From the human T2T-CHM13v2.0 reference genome, Homo sapiens: a stretch of DNA of 64,000 bases. Position 1 is the stretch's first letter, and the number at the start of each line of letters is the position of its first letter. Below the pieces are notes generated by a model. The model was not told the origin of the DNA, searched no databases, and worked only from the letters and a program-made list of their open reading frames with translations. Below, one piece after another: positions 51,343-64,000 of the stretch. The DNA is taken from the NCBI RefSeq assembly GCF_009914755.1, contig NC_060940.1; one strand, written 5' to 3'. The position numbers and the translations under genes are program-made.

Positions 51343-51824
51343 AAAGTCTGATAGCAATGCAATAGATTCTGGTACAATAACAATGCAAATACTTTTTTCA
51401 CTAGTAGAGCTGCAAATAATTTCTGTCTAATTCCAAGATTACAGGGTTTTTGCTCCATAGAACATTAACCAGTTTTGTATCTCACCTAGCAATCTTATTT
51501 CAGCATTCTTTCAGGACCTATGTCTACTTGGTCTTTCTAGTTCTCTTTGAACCAGTTGAAACTTATCCTGCTGGCTCCCTCCTTAAATGAATTAAATAAC
51601 TTTTTGGCAAGTAGTCATTGTACATTTGTATGAGATTCAAGCTTTCAACTTTTGAAAATTATACTTTGACACCAGGTGATACCAATGTGCATCCAAGATT
51701 GAGATTCACTGCTCTAGAGAGAAGCCAAAATCCTGGAAGGCATCCAAAGAGAAACCACTGTTTTCTCTATCCCAAGCAGAATCATATAATTATTATTGAA
51801 AACTTTTATGAGTCCCACCTGATA

Positions 51825-52065
51825 ACAATAAAAATTAATATTTACTGAGTGCTTACTAGTGCCAAGCACGCTATTCTAAGACCTTTACACCCATGATTAA
51901 GTCCTTTAATCATTACACAAGCTTATAAGAGAGGTTCTCTCATCTGCATACCAATTTCATAGATGAGAGAACTGAGGCACAAAAGTTTAAGCCACTTGTG
52001 TATACTGACACTGTTGCTAAGTGACAGAGCTTGAGTTCATACCTAGGAAGTACTGCCTGTGCCCT
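51825..52065 (-). mobile_element. MIR SINE
   Basis: atttactgagtgcttac..gtgccaagcac..agatgagagaactgaggcacaaaagtttaag..taagtgacagagc. Confidence 0.85.
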
Positions 52066-52198
52066 TCAGGGCTAAGACATACCGTACTTCAGGGATTGAG
52101 GAGATCTACCTTTAGAGTTATTTATCCAGATTCATAGACACCCACAACTGGATACCTGAATTACTGAAACAATCAAAGCCAGCCAAAAATGCATACTC

Positions 52199-52603
52199 TT
52201 TTTTGTCTTTTTTTTAACTTAGATTTTTAAATTTTTCATTTTTATGGATACATAGTAGATGTATATATTTATGGAGTACATGACATATTTTGATACAGGC
52301 ATACAATATGTAATGATCATATCAGGGTAAATGGCATATCCATCACCTCAACCATTTATCATTTGTTTGGGTTAAAATTTTTTAAGTTATAATCTTTCTG
52401 TTATGTTAAAATATACAATAAATTATTGTTGACTGTAGTCACCCTGTTGTGCTATCCAAATACTAGGTCTTACTGATTCTATCTATGTTTTTGCACCCAC
52501 TAGCCATTCCTACTTTTTCCTCCTCTCCCTGCTCCCCTTCCCAGCCTCTGGTAACCATCATTCTACCCTCTGTCTCCATGGGTTCAATTAACATTTGTTT
52601 TAA
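52199..52603 (-). mobile_element. short 5'-truncated L1MA (L1MA2/3-like) 3' end
   Basis: gatacatagtagatgtatatatttatgg..tatccatcacctcaa..gtcaccctgttgtgcta..cccagcctctggtaacca; possible degenerate TSD CAAAAATGCATACTC / CAAAAATTTACACTC. Confidence 0.88.
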
Positions 52604-53385
52604 CAAAAATTTACACTCAAAGTTGGTTTCTTTGGCAGGGCTATCACGTATCCACTTATTCTTTATCAAACCCTCATATTAGGAATCATCTTCATTAGGG
52701 CAGGTGACTAACATCTCCGCATGAGAGTATATAAGTAAATTAGGATGTAGATTCAATAGAAACCCTGATTTGGTATCCAAGAAGAGACATTCAACACGGT
52801 TAGAAATTTGAAACTCTTGTCATGTAGTTCTCTGGATTCCCAAAGTGCAAAAATAAAAACAGATAAATAAAAGGGAGAAATATTTTAAATTTCTTCCTAA
52901 TTTAAACTCATACCCAAATCGACATTTGGGCAGGTCCATCAAAAAGCACTTGGGGAGAAATCATCTGTGCACTAAGTGCTTTTTATACCATGAGCAAAAG
53001 TCTGAATTGTAAGTAATATTGGCAAGAACAAACTATAAGTTAAGATGCAAATCCAAATCGAGTGTGCGGTGTTCTGGCTTCAAGCCTGGTAATTGAATTT
53101 CCAGTTTATTATCCTTAATGTTTTTTAATGTGAGTTTGCAATTCAAGGCAAAATGGAAAGCTGCTCCTCCAAAGCTTTCCCCTGAAGCACTTCCAGGAAC
53201 AATTTCTTTTCAGAGTCAAGAAATGGTTTTGGGTCAGGAGTGCACTTTAACTTTTTCAAACTCTAGAAAACTCTATTCCGGGGAGACACTAAACCATGGG
53301 TCCACTGAAGGATACTCATCTGGAGACTAGGGATTCTGGAGTCCGAACCTGGCACTGGAGCTTATTATAAAAAATGGAAAAGCTG

Positions 53386-53689
<304 letters not shown>

Positions 53690-53999
53690 CTAAATGCTGT
53701 GAGCTGCTTAAGAAGCCCTGTCACAGCGGAGAGTTCCACACAACATGGGCTGACACTCGGTGCCATAGAAAGTAGATGGGGAATGTTTCACATGAAATCT
53801 GCTGCTTCAGTATGTGTACTTGGTTATTCTTCAACCGCCTGAGCCTTTTGGCTATAACAGCTAAGCCATACTTGGCGCACACTCTCACATTTTTTTTTCC
53901 CTAAAACTAGCCCTGAACAAGGCTGAGGGACTCAATCCCCTTGAAATAGCCTTCTTAATGAAGAAAGAGCTTTAAAGGTGTTAGCTAGCTTATTGTAAT

Positions 54000-54300
54000 A
54001 ATAATGATGATAATAATAACAAAAACAATAACTATAAACATAATGAAGGTCTGCCATTTTGCAAGCTGTATGCAGCTTTATGCATTATTTATTACGCATT
54101 ATTGTTATTCATTATTTATTACGTAATTTATCTCTCATAATAGGCTTAAAAGGTAGATTATTGCCCTCAATTTTATATAGGGAAACTGAAGTTCGGAGAA
54201 TTCAAGTAATTTTCCCCAGGTGATAGAACTAGAATGGCGGCGTGGCCAGGATGCAAACCCAAATTTGTCTGCTCTGAAGCTTGAACCCTTTATTACTAGG
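54000..54300 (-). mobile_element. MIR SINE
   Basis: aggtagattattgccctcaattttatatagggaaactgaagttcggaga..ccccagg..caggatgcaaaccca. Confidence 0.75.
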
Positions 54301-54419
54301 CTAAGGGCACAAGCTCCTCCAGTATCTTCTATTGGACCATATACTTCTGTCTTTCTTTAAACATTATTTAAATATTTGTGTGTATGTGTGTGTGTGTGTT
54401 GAATGTGTGTGTAGAGAAG

Positions 54420-54860
54420 AATATAAAGAAAAAGGGCAAACGTACCATTAGCCCATTACCCATCCATGTACATGGCATGAAAATCCAAGAGTAGATTAGT
54501 ATAAGTTGAAAATTAAAAACTTTCCCCAAGCTCTGTCACCAGAGGTAACCACTTGTATATTTCTTATATATCCTACCAAGAAAAAGTATTCTGTTTCTCA
54601 TATATACATCTGTATATCTGATTTTTAACAATCATTTAATATTTCATTAATTTATTTAACTAGTTCTCACATATGTTCATTTAAATTACGTCTTTTTGGC
54701 ATTTAAAATCTCGAGTACAATAAACACTCATATATATAGTTTGGTGAAGGAACATACATTATTTTTAAACTTCTGTAGATATTCCCTCTAAAGACATTGT
54801 GTTAATTCACTATCCCACTTTCAGACCATGAGTAGTCCTCTTTACTGTATCCATTTACTT
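54420..54860 (-). mobile_element. old L1 (L1ME-like) 3' fragment
   Basis: ccagaggtaaccact..tatatcctacca..gtagatattccc..aattcactatcccact. Confidence 0.5.
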
Positions 54861-54919
54861 TCATCCCCATGCCACTTGATTCTCCCACCAAGTTTATAAA
54901 GTAAGTAGAGTAGGGATGT

Positions 54920-55304
54920 TGATATGGTTTGGATTTGTGTCCTCACCCAGATCTCATGCCAAATTGTAATCCCCAATAATAGAGGAGGGGCCTGGTGGGA
55001 GGTGATTGGATCACGAGGGTGGATTTCCCCCTTGCCATTTTTGTGACAATGAGTGAGTTCTCATGAGATCTGGTTGCTTAAAAGTGAGTAGCACCTCCCC
55101 CTTCTCTCTCTTCCTCTTGCTCTGGCCATGAGAAAACATGCTTTCTTCCTCTTCACATTCTGCCATGATTGTAAGTTTCTTAAGGCCTCCCCAGGCATGC
55201 TTCCTGTACAGCCTGTGGAACCATAAGCTAATTAAACCTCTTTTCTTTATAAATTATCCAGTCTCAGGTAGTTCTTTATAACAGTGTATGAACAGACTAA
55301 TACA
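54920..55304 (+). mobile_element. MaLR solo LTR, MSTA
   Basis: TGATATGGTTTGG..GAGGTGATTGGATCA..CCATGATTGTAAGTTTC..AATTAAACCTCTTTTCTTTATAAATTA..GACTAATACA; 5-bp TSD GATGT/GATAT. Confidence 0.93.
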
Positions 55305-56361
55305 GATATAATCCTTGTTTCTAGCATAAGTCAAGGCTAGAACCGAGATGTTCTAAGTACAGAAACTTTTCCTTGAACAAATTATACTTTAAAGCTTCAA
55401 AGATAAATAAAAGATCAATACCCTCTGTTTTTACCTCTGACAGATGAAGAGAACAAATATAACTGGGCTTTGTGGTTTAGAGCTCTGGGATAAGAACTTT
55501 AACCATGTTTAAAACCCACTAAAATACCACTTATTTAGAGTTGGGATAGATCCATGACTTTCTATTGTTCAAAGGCATTTTCCTTTGTAATAATTCCATG
55601 GAAAGAAAAATGACTTGAAAGCCACATTTATTAAAAAGCCCAAAGGCATTTGAACATCAATTTACATTTTTCTTTTTTATAGGAAAAAAAGTAGTTAAGT
55701 GTAAATGAATGTCAAACATGTGGTTTACATTTTCTTTAAGATGCATGTGGGCTTTAAAACCTAATGAAAATACTTTAGAAAGAACATATTCCACAATATG
55801 GTAAGTGTAAGATAGGTAGGAAATGTGGAGCACGTCAACATTCAGGTTGGGTCTTGCATAAGTCCTGCAGATAAAACAGGAGGAGATCTTTGGTCCTCTC
55901 ACATGAGATTTCAAAGAGGGGGGTGTCAGGTCTCTGGACCTAGGTTTCACCCCAGCGTAGGCCTATGATTTGAGGGGCTGGGAGACATTCCATAGTTAAG
56001 GAAGCTTTTACAATTATTCCTCACCCATTTAATGAACACCTATTCTGTGCTGAAAATTAGAGATGTGAAGACAAATGAAAGACAAACTTGTTTTCAAGAC
56101 CTTGAATTCCTAGTAAGGAAACCAGATATGGAAAGAGACAAACAACAATAAATGTGATTAGTGAAGTATAACATAGTGTCAGGGCAGTACAAACAGGGGC
56201 ATTCACACTTGCGGGGGTCATGAGGGAAGATGTCCTGAAGAAGGAGACCTGGAGGATGAGTAGGAGTAGCTGAGCAGAGTTTGTCAAGGACATTGCAGCA
56301 CAGAGACTAGCACGCACAGAGCAGAGGCATGGGAAGCTTGGCGCTGCAGGGAATGCTGGTA

Positions 56362-56706
56362 CAGCCGTCCTCATCTATGAGTTTACCCTCAGTGATGTCA
56401 GTTACCTGGGGTCAACTGCGGTCCGAAAATGCTAAACGGAAAAATCCAGAAATAAGCAATTCATAAATTTTGAATTTTGCACCATTCTGGGTAGCATGAT
56501 GAAATCTCACACCATCCCATTTTGTTCCCATTCCAAACATAAATCATTCCTTTGTTCAGCATATCCACTTTATATACTCTAACTGCCCATTATTGTATAA
56601 GGGAAAATGTAGTGCTCTAGATAGGATTCTGGACTATTGGTGGTTTCAGGCATCCACTGGGGGTCTTCGAACATATCCTCTCCGGCCGGGTAAGGGGGAA
56701 CTTCTG
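56362..56706. mobile_element. MER44A (Tigger7 family) MITE
   Basis: cagttacctggggtcaactgcggtccgaaaat..ggtttcaggcatccactgggggtctt..taagggggaacttctg; CAG..CTG ends flanked by TA on both sides. Confidence 0.88.
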
Positions 56707-56770
56707 TAGTTCCATTTGATTACAATGGAAGATGGACTGTGGAGGGAAGAATAGTTAGCAAGAAGGCTAA

Positions 56771-57173
<403 letters not shown>

Positions 57174-57659
57174 CTTTTTTGTGTTTTAGAAAGACTAATC
57201 TGGACTATGGGTGGAAAACAGATGAGAGACAGGTAGTACTGAGGACAAGAAAATCAGTTAGTATGTTGTTGCTAAAATTCCATGAGAAATTATGTACTCA
57301 AACCAAGGGTTTAGCAGTGGAGGTAAAGAGAAGTGGATGGAACCAAAAGGTTAATGCTGTGGTGTCTAAGTGTGGCCAAAGGCAGAAGAAGAGTTACGGT
57401 GACCTCTGAATTTTTGACATGAGCTTGAAAGTTCAACCTCAGGAATGAACACTTAGATGGCAGTTAGATTAAGAGGCAATGCAGTTTGTTGAAAAAGACA
57501 CTGACTTTAATTCATTTAATTTTCTTCTAAACATGAATAGAAGGCAATAGAAACGAGACATATTAATGACTATCCACATAACGTTTTAAAGGAATCTGAT
57601 AATCTTTTAAGATTAAGTGTTAAGGACTCCCAGAAGACTCTGCAATATAAAAGAAGGAA

Positions 57660-58215
57660 TTTTTCACAACAATTACATTTGGCAATATCATGCTCTGGAG
57701 AAGATGTAAGGTTATAAAAATTCATATTCACTGTTGGTAATGTATGTTGGTATAACCCAGAGATTTGACTTTTCTCTGTAAGCCCTAGAGAAAGTCCAGT
57801 GTATCACACATGTACAAGAATGTTTGTTGAATCACTATAGTAAAGAAAAAACCAGATATGATTTAAATGTTTATCAAAAAATGAGTGGATAAATAAATTG
57901 TGGTGTATTCATATAATAAATATTCTTCTGATATTTAAACGAGTAAACTAGGCTTAAATTTATAAAAATGGATATTTTTGAAACAAATGTTTTTAAAACA
58001 TAACTCTTAAAAACCTAATTTTAATTAAAAAATGAGTCAGGGAATGATATGTACAGATGATATTAAAACGATCCATTGTATTATTTATAGGCATTTATGT
58101 TAATAGTAAATACATTAGTAGTATACACATAAAGCATGCCCAAGGTTGCCTGCTTTAGGGAGAAGAGAAAAATGAAGGATGAATATAAAAGGGCTTGAAA
58201 AATGTCTGGTTTGCT
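57660..58215 (+). mobile_element. old L1 (L1ME-like) 3' fragment
   Basis: catgtacaagaatgttt..aaatgtttatcaa..gagtggataaataaattgtggtgtattcatata. Confidence 0.7.
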
Positions 58216-58227
58216 AAACTCTTTATT

Positions 58228-58449
58228 TAGTTTCTCAACCTTTGTACCACTGACATTTTGGACCAAATAATTTTTGTCATGGAGGAAAGCCTTGTGCATG
58301 GCAGGATACTTAGCAACATCCCCAGCCTCTACCCACTGGATGCCAAGCAGCACCTCCCCATGTCATGACCATTGAAACTATCTCTATACATTGCCAAAAT
58401 ATCCTCTGGAGGTGGAGGTGGACAGAATCACCTTGGTTAAGAACCACTG
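58228..58449 (-). mobile_element. MER20 hAT-Charlie MITE
   Basis: tttctcaacctt..cactgacattttggacc..tagcaacatccccagcctctacccactggatgcca..ggttaagaaccactg. Confidence 0.9.
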
Positions 58450-58681
58450 ATTTTGTAGATTGGCATTTCTCATGTTTTTTTTTCCATATACTTGTCTCTT
58501 TTTTGAAATACTTTATAATATAAGGGCAGAGGGTTGAAGAGAAGAACATTCCTTTTGCTACTATTTTAATCAGCTATAGAATGTCTTGGTGTTCAGACAT
58601 CAAGACACAAAATAGGCCCTTGTCCCCAAGAACTCCATGGTAAGGCAATGTAGGATGGAGGCAAAGAGGCCTTGGAGTGGG

Positions 58682-58758
58682 ACAAATCTAACGACAGATT
58701 TAAGGCAGATTTAAGAACAGATGTAAGACAAATCCAGGACTGATCTAAGGATAGATCC
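58682..58758 (+). repeat. degenerate 11-12 bp minisatellite (ACAGATTTAAGG-like, ~7 units)
   Basis: acaaatctaacg acagatttaagg cagatttaaga acagatgtaag acaaatccagg actgatctaagg atagatcctg. Confidence 0.65.
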
Positions 58759-58900
58759 TGACTCTGCCATGCATTAACTTTGAGAGCCTCAGTCTCCTCA
58801 TGCCTAAAATAAAGATTTTTCTTCAAGTAAGGTATGCAAGATTTTACCTTCTGGAAGTCTTTCTGAAACACAGTAAACATGCAACAAGGAGCAGTTATTA
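58755..58900 (+). mobile_element. MIR fragment
   Basis: cctgactctgcca..gagcctcagtctcctcatgcctaaaataaagat. Confidence 0.6.
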
Positions 58901-61574
58901 TACCATTTGTTTTCATTATATGTACACACTTAATAAATCATATAAGATAGTATTGACAATATCCTCCCTATTCCCCCACTCCCTGGGTCTGCCTTCTCAT
59001 TGGTGACTCCAAGGAACAGGAGAGCAGTTTGTCTCTGTCTACAATCTCTGTTCAGCTCATAAGCACTTGCATTTTGCATTCTCAGAAATATCTCTCACAG
59101 AGATGCAGAGCGGGAGAGAGGGAGAGGGCCAAGCAACATGAAACAGCTCACAGGCTCATGAAGAAGATGGTATCCGAGACATTTTCAAACACTCACTGAA
59201 ACCTTCATAGTCCTTATGAAGCCAAACTCTCTCTCTTCTGTTTTCCATTTTTAAGTTTTAAGTTACCTAGATTTTCCTTGGCCTATTTGTAGGCCCCATA
59301 GGGTGGTATTTCACCACACTATTCCCGTGGGTTCTGTAAGGAAGCCCAGTGAGCCCAGTTTGCTGGAGTGAAAACGTAGCAACATGGAGCCATGTCCTCA
59401 TATTATGGAACATGTTTTGGCCTCTTGGACAACCTTGTTTAGCATTTGAGCAGGCTTCCTTGGTGATAGTCCTATACCAACTGATTTTCTTCAAAATTTA
59501 TGCTAGCTGTATTGTATTTTTGTTATAGAATCTTTGCAAGAACCAGAAATTTCATTTCCATTATATCCTGTTTGCTATCCTTAACAAGCTAGTTTTGGTT
59601 CAGATTGCTAAATTCAGTAATGAAAATACTGATTATTATCAGCTATGTGCCACGTCATTACACATGCCAAATTGCTACAAAGGATTTCAAGAGAGTTGAG
59701 GAAAAAGACAGGTATTACCCCTGAACCAACCAAAACACCTAGAACAGAAGGAAGCCTCTGAAATGAACCAAAATGAGTGAATGAACTACAATGAATGACT
59801 ATGTCTTGGTTAAGCAGAAACAAAACATGTTTGTAAAAGAACAAGCATGAATTAAGACAAAGTACTGGAAAATAGGGCAATAGAGTGAAGACCTGTGATT
59901 TTGGTTTGATCTAAAATATCAGATTCAGAGCACCACATAATTACTTAATGCTTATTCACTCAATTCATACAACAATCAATTGCACCTAAATTGTATCCAG
60001 CACCTGGCTAACTATCATGATGTATATACAACCTGCACCTTTCCATACACCAAAAAACAAATCACTAATTATGGGCCTGCCATGATCAGTTATTGGTGAT
60101 AGGGAGAATGCTTACATTCTAGAAATGGAGTAAAATCTATCTCTATAATGTCACATAGTGTTAGTAGTAATGTATATTGATATATCATTGAAAATATTAT
60201 CTCATATTCAGCTCTGTCCTCTCACATATGAAGTTACACATCATCCTTGCTTTCTATCACTTTGGAAAGAATGCAACCCAAGAGATACCTTCACCAATCT
60301 CCCTTTCCACCATAATTCATGGTTCCCAAGGTCTGTCTCTGTCCTAATGGATGAATTCTATTCACAGAAATTCATTGTTTCCAGAGTTCTTTTCATCTCT
60401 TGAAATATAGAGTATCACAATGGACCGAGGGAGACGGCTATGAGAACAATCTTCATTGCTGTTAAATAGTCACATTCACTAGGCTTTATCTGGGCTCCAC
60501 ATGCCTTTAATCTGCTTTGTAGAACATCAAAGCTCTTTTAATATACTTCTAAAACTGAATAAGGCAATAGAAAAGGAACACATTAATGACTATTCACATA
60601 AACTGCTACAATTTTAACCTGATTTATTATTTAGTGTACTATAAATCAAAATTAATTACAAATATTGATGCTGACCACATGTGCATAGTTTTTAATCTTT
60701 ACTGCATTAACACAGTTGAGGCACAAAGAAAGATCTCTAAGTGCTATCTGAATATATTAATAGACTGTTTAGAGGTAAACTACTGTAATTCATATGATTT
60801 TGTTCACACATAACTCTCTGATGGCTCCCTTATGATACATAATAATCCAATATCAAGAGAGACTGAAATGGCTTAATAAGTATTTTCCAGAAATAAAAAT
60901 TACTATCTACCCAGTGATGTCATTTTAAAGAAACAAAACTTTCCAACTTACTGTATTCTAGCAAATGGTTTTTTAAGGTTAAATTTACTCAAGTATACAA
61001 AATCAGTGTTCTACATGTATTGGGTTCATGATGGCTTGAATTCTGGAACCTGAAAACCTTAGTAACTGCTCTGTCAGGTAATAATTGAGGCACTCCAAAC
61101 CATGGTACTTGGCTGCTGGAGAACATTTTGAAACTGAGATGAACCCCTTCATTTTGAAGATGAGAAAATAGGAGACTTCCAGAGAAGTTGTGTCTTGTTC
61201 AGGTCCCACTCATAGTAAAGTTTGTAAATTCTAGTTCAGGAATTGATCCTGAATTGATGCTGAGGCTGTCCATCTGAGGCTGTCTACGGTGCTACTGTGA
61301 GACCAGAAAGGCATGGGGTAGCAATTAACAGGCAAAGAACAGGCTGCTTTTTCTAGCCTGTGCTTGGAATTTCATTGATATTAATTATTCTTTGAGTTTC
61401 TTATAGGGATGTATATTTTATATATTTTTTTTCTAAAGTTTACTGTTCATGGAGAATAGGCCTTGTAGAAATAAGAGCTTAAACCATCAGTTGGCATCTT
61501 GGTAGAAATCCTGCCAAAGTACAAAGAGAATACTCATGAAACCAGTGAACAGAGAAGTAGGATGTTTAAACCCA

Positions 61575-61792
61575 TGAGGAAGGAAAATGGTTTCAGCCAA
61601 ACGTACGGAAGAACAGTCCTCCAATTAGAGCAAAGTCAAATGGATGGAGGCAGTAGACTCTCCATCCCTGGGTCTATTTAGGTAGCTAATGGCTCTCACT
61701 TTTCGAGGATGCTGTATATATCATTGGAGAATCAGCTAAGTGTTGAACTCTAAGAATTCTAAGTTTCTCTCTAACTCTGAGATTCCATGACT
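61575..61792 (+). mobile_element. L3/CR1 LINE 3' end
   Basis: ggaagaac..caattagagc..ctctccatccctgg..ggatgctgta..ctaactctgagattccatga. Confidence 0.65.
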
Positions 61793-62390
61793 CATTGAAA
61801 GCAAATTGGACAAAGTTGATGTTAGAGAGGTAAGGGGGCATTGAGTAGAAAAGTAGAACAACCCCAAAGACAAATTCTACCTACTTTGTATTTTTTGTGT
61901 AAAGTAAAATAGCTTTCGGAATAACTGAATAGAAAGAGAGGAGACCAGAGTCCTTTATCACGTCATATCAAGTGGCATCTGGAAATGAAGCCCTGTGATA
62001 GGTCCAGATTCCTATGATATCAAAGACACTACTAGGCTTGGAAGATCTAACAGAGGCATCATAGACTGGAAGCCTGCATTCAATTGCTATCATCTCTGTA
62101 AGGAGGAGTTTATTGCACTAACTCTTGGTAGAATGTAGTAAGAACACTTGTAAGAAGAGATTGAAAACTAATGACTATTGCCATTTCTCAAATCCTTTCT
62201 CCAAAGGGTATGATTTTAGTGTTTCAGAAAGCTGCAGATATTGTTAGTGCTCAGTGCAGCACACACATATTAATGAATTAAGGTATTTATTTGTTTATTT
62301 TAAACAGCCAAGTGTTAAGCTTTCATGTGTAGAGAAGCTCAGCCACCTCATATTCTAGATGCCCCTCATGGCTATTGAATGAGTTGCTAG

Positions 62391-62813
<423 letters not shown>

Positions 62814-63211
62814 TGGGGAATCTTTTAAAAGAAAATGAATAAAAAAATATAGATGCAAATTAAATGTAGGACTTTAGAGGGAACCCATGAGAGTAAGTCC
62901 TCCTGCAGTATGAACTTCATCAGCACCTCAGTCAAGCCAACTCTGGGTGACAGGCATACCAAGAAGCTGATCCCTCAAGGAGACCTGGCTGACTTGAGGT
63001 GAGCAGAGCCCCGGACTTGTTGCTTCATTCATTCATGGGTCTATTTACACCATTTAGCTCCATGTGTTACTTTTGTTGAGTGGAATACTGAGAAAAAGTT
63101 TGAGAAACATTGTTCCTATTAACTTGAAGTCCATTCCATTTTCTGTTACTACAAACACATTACCTATGTTATTTTAAGTTAGAACTGAAGGGAATATCAG
63201 AACCTACTTCT

Positions 63212-63491
63212 GGCTGGGCACAGTGGCTCCTGCCTGTAATCACAACCATTTGGGAGGCCAAGATGGGAGTATCACTTGAAGCCAAGAGTTTGAGACCAGC
63301 CTGGGCAGCAAAGGGAGACCCTGTCTCTACAAAACATTAAAATAAATTACCTGGGCATGGTTGCACACACCTGTAGTCCCAGCTACTTGTGGGGCTGAGG
63401 CAGGAGGATTGAGGATGCAAGTGAGCTATGTTTGTTCCACCGCACTCCAGCCTCCAGCATCGGTAACAAGACTCCATCAAAAAAAAAAAAA
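63212..63491 (+). mobile_element. AluJ with right-arm deletion
   Basis: cacttgaagccaagagtttgagaccagcctgggc and gcaggaggat are J-type; TSD core TACTTCT. Confidence 0.9.
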
Positions 63492-63707
63492 TATATTACT
63501 TCTTACTCTTCAATGAACTTTAAATCTCTTCCTCAATTTTTACCTGGTCTTATTATCTCTATTTGATAGGGAGTATATATTGAAAAATATTAGCTTTTGT
63601 CATTTTAAATGAATGTACTTTTTTCTGTCTCCCTTTCTTAATCTCCTGTTCCTTATCTCCAACTCCACCAGAAAAAAATCCCATGACATTTTGATTTCAC
63701 AGAATTC

Positions 63708-63880
63708 TTTTTATTTTTTTGAAGAAATGGAGTCTCGCTATGTTGCCCAGGATTGAGTACAGTGGTTATTCTTAGGCGTGATTATAGTTCACTACAGCTT
63801 GGAACTCCTGGGCTCCGGCAATCCTCCTGCCTCATTCTCCCAAGTAGTTGGGGCTACAGGCATGCAACACTGTGCCTGGC
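63708..63880 (-). mobile_element. FAM (fossil Alu monomer)
   Basis: Monomer containing cagtggttattcttaggcgtgattatag, the 7SL-derived segment diagnostic of FAM; TSD TTCACAGAAT / TTCACAGGAT. Confidence 0.85.
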
Positions 63881-64000
63881 TTCACAGGATCACTTTAAAT
63901 GTGACTGCCATGCTTATGTCATGAGGGCTAACCACATGAGCATACTTACCTTTGCAAAAAAAGTTCCAATACCATTTTGAGTCTGTAGTCAAGATTGTAT

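Overview
This is primate (very probably human) nuclear non-coding DNA. It is AT-rich and CpG-depleted, with no CpG island, and is dense in interspersed repeats: AluJ/S/Y and FAM, MIR, L2, L3/CR1, old L1M, MaLR LTRs (MLT1, MSTA/B), a MER4 solo LTR, LTR16, and hAT/Tigger MITEs. I recognise no protein-coding gene, tRNA, rRNA, CRISPR array or prokaryotic system. The supplied ORFs look like chance frames or repeat read-through, so the window is most likely intergenic or part of a large intron or lncRNA locus. I cannot name the locus. Repeat subfamily names come from recalled consensus sequences and boundaries of old elements are approximate. The best non-routine observations are: (1) an ungapped 142-bp non-repeat duplication (41384/43365) in which both copies carry a colinear 48-codon ATG ORF; (2) a second local 67-bp duplication (57515/60537); (3) a 3'-truncated U2 snRNA retrocopy with 16-bp TSDs inside a MIR; (4) a CpG-retaining ancient L1 segment with ETS and TATA motifs and an 18-bp palindrome; (5) candidate non-coding exons and repeat-free enhancer-like blocks. 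None of these is demonstrated to be a new biological system.
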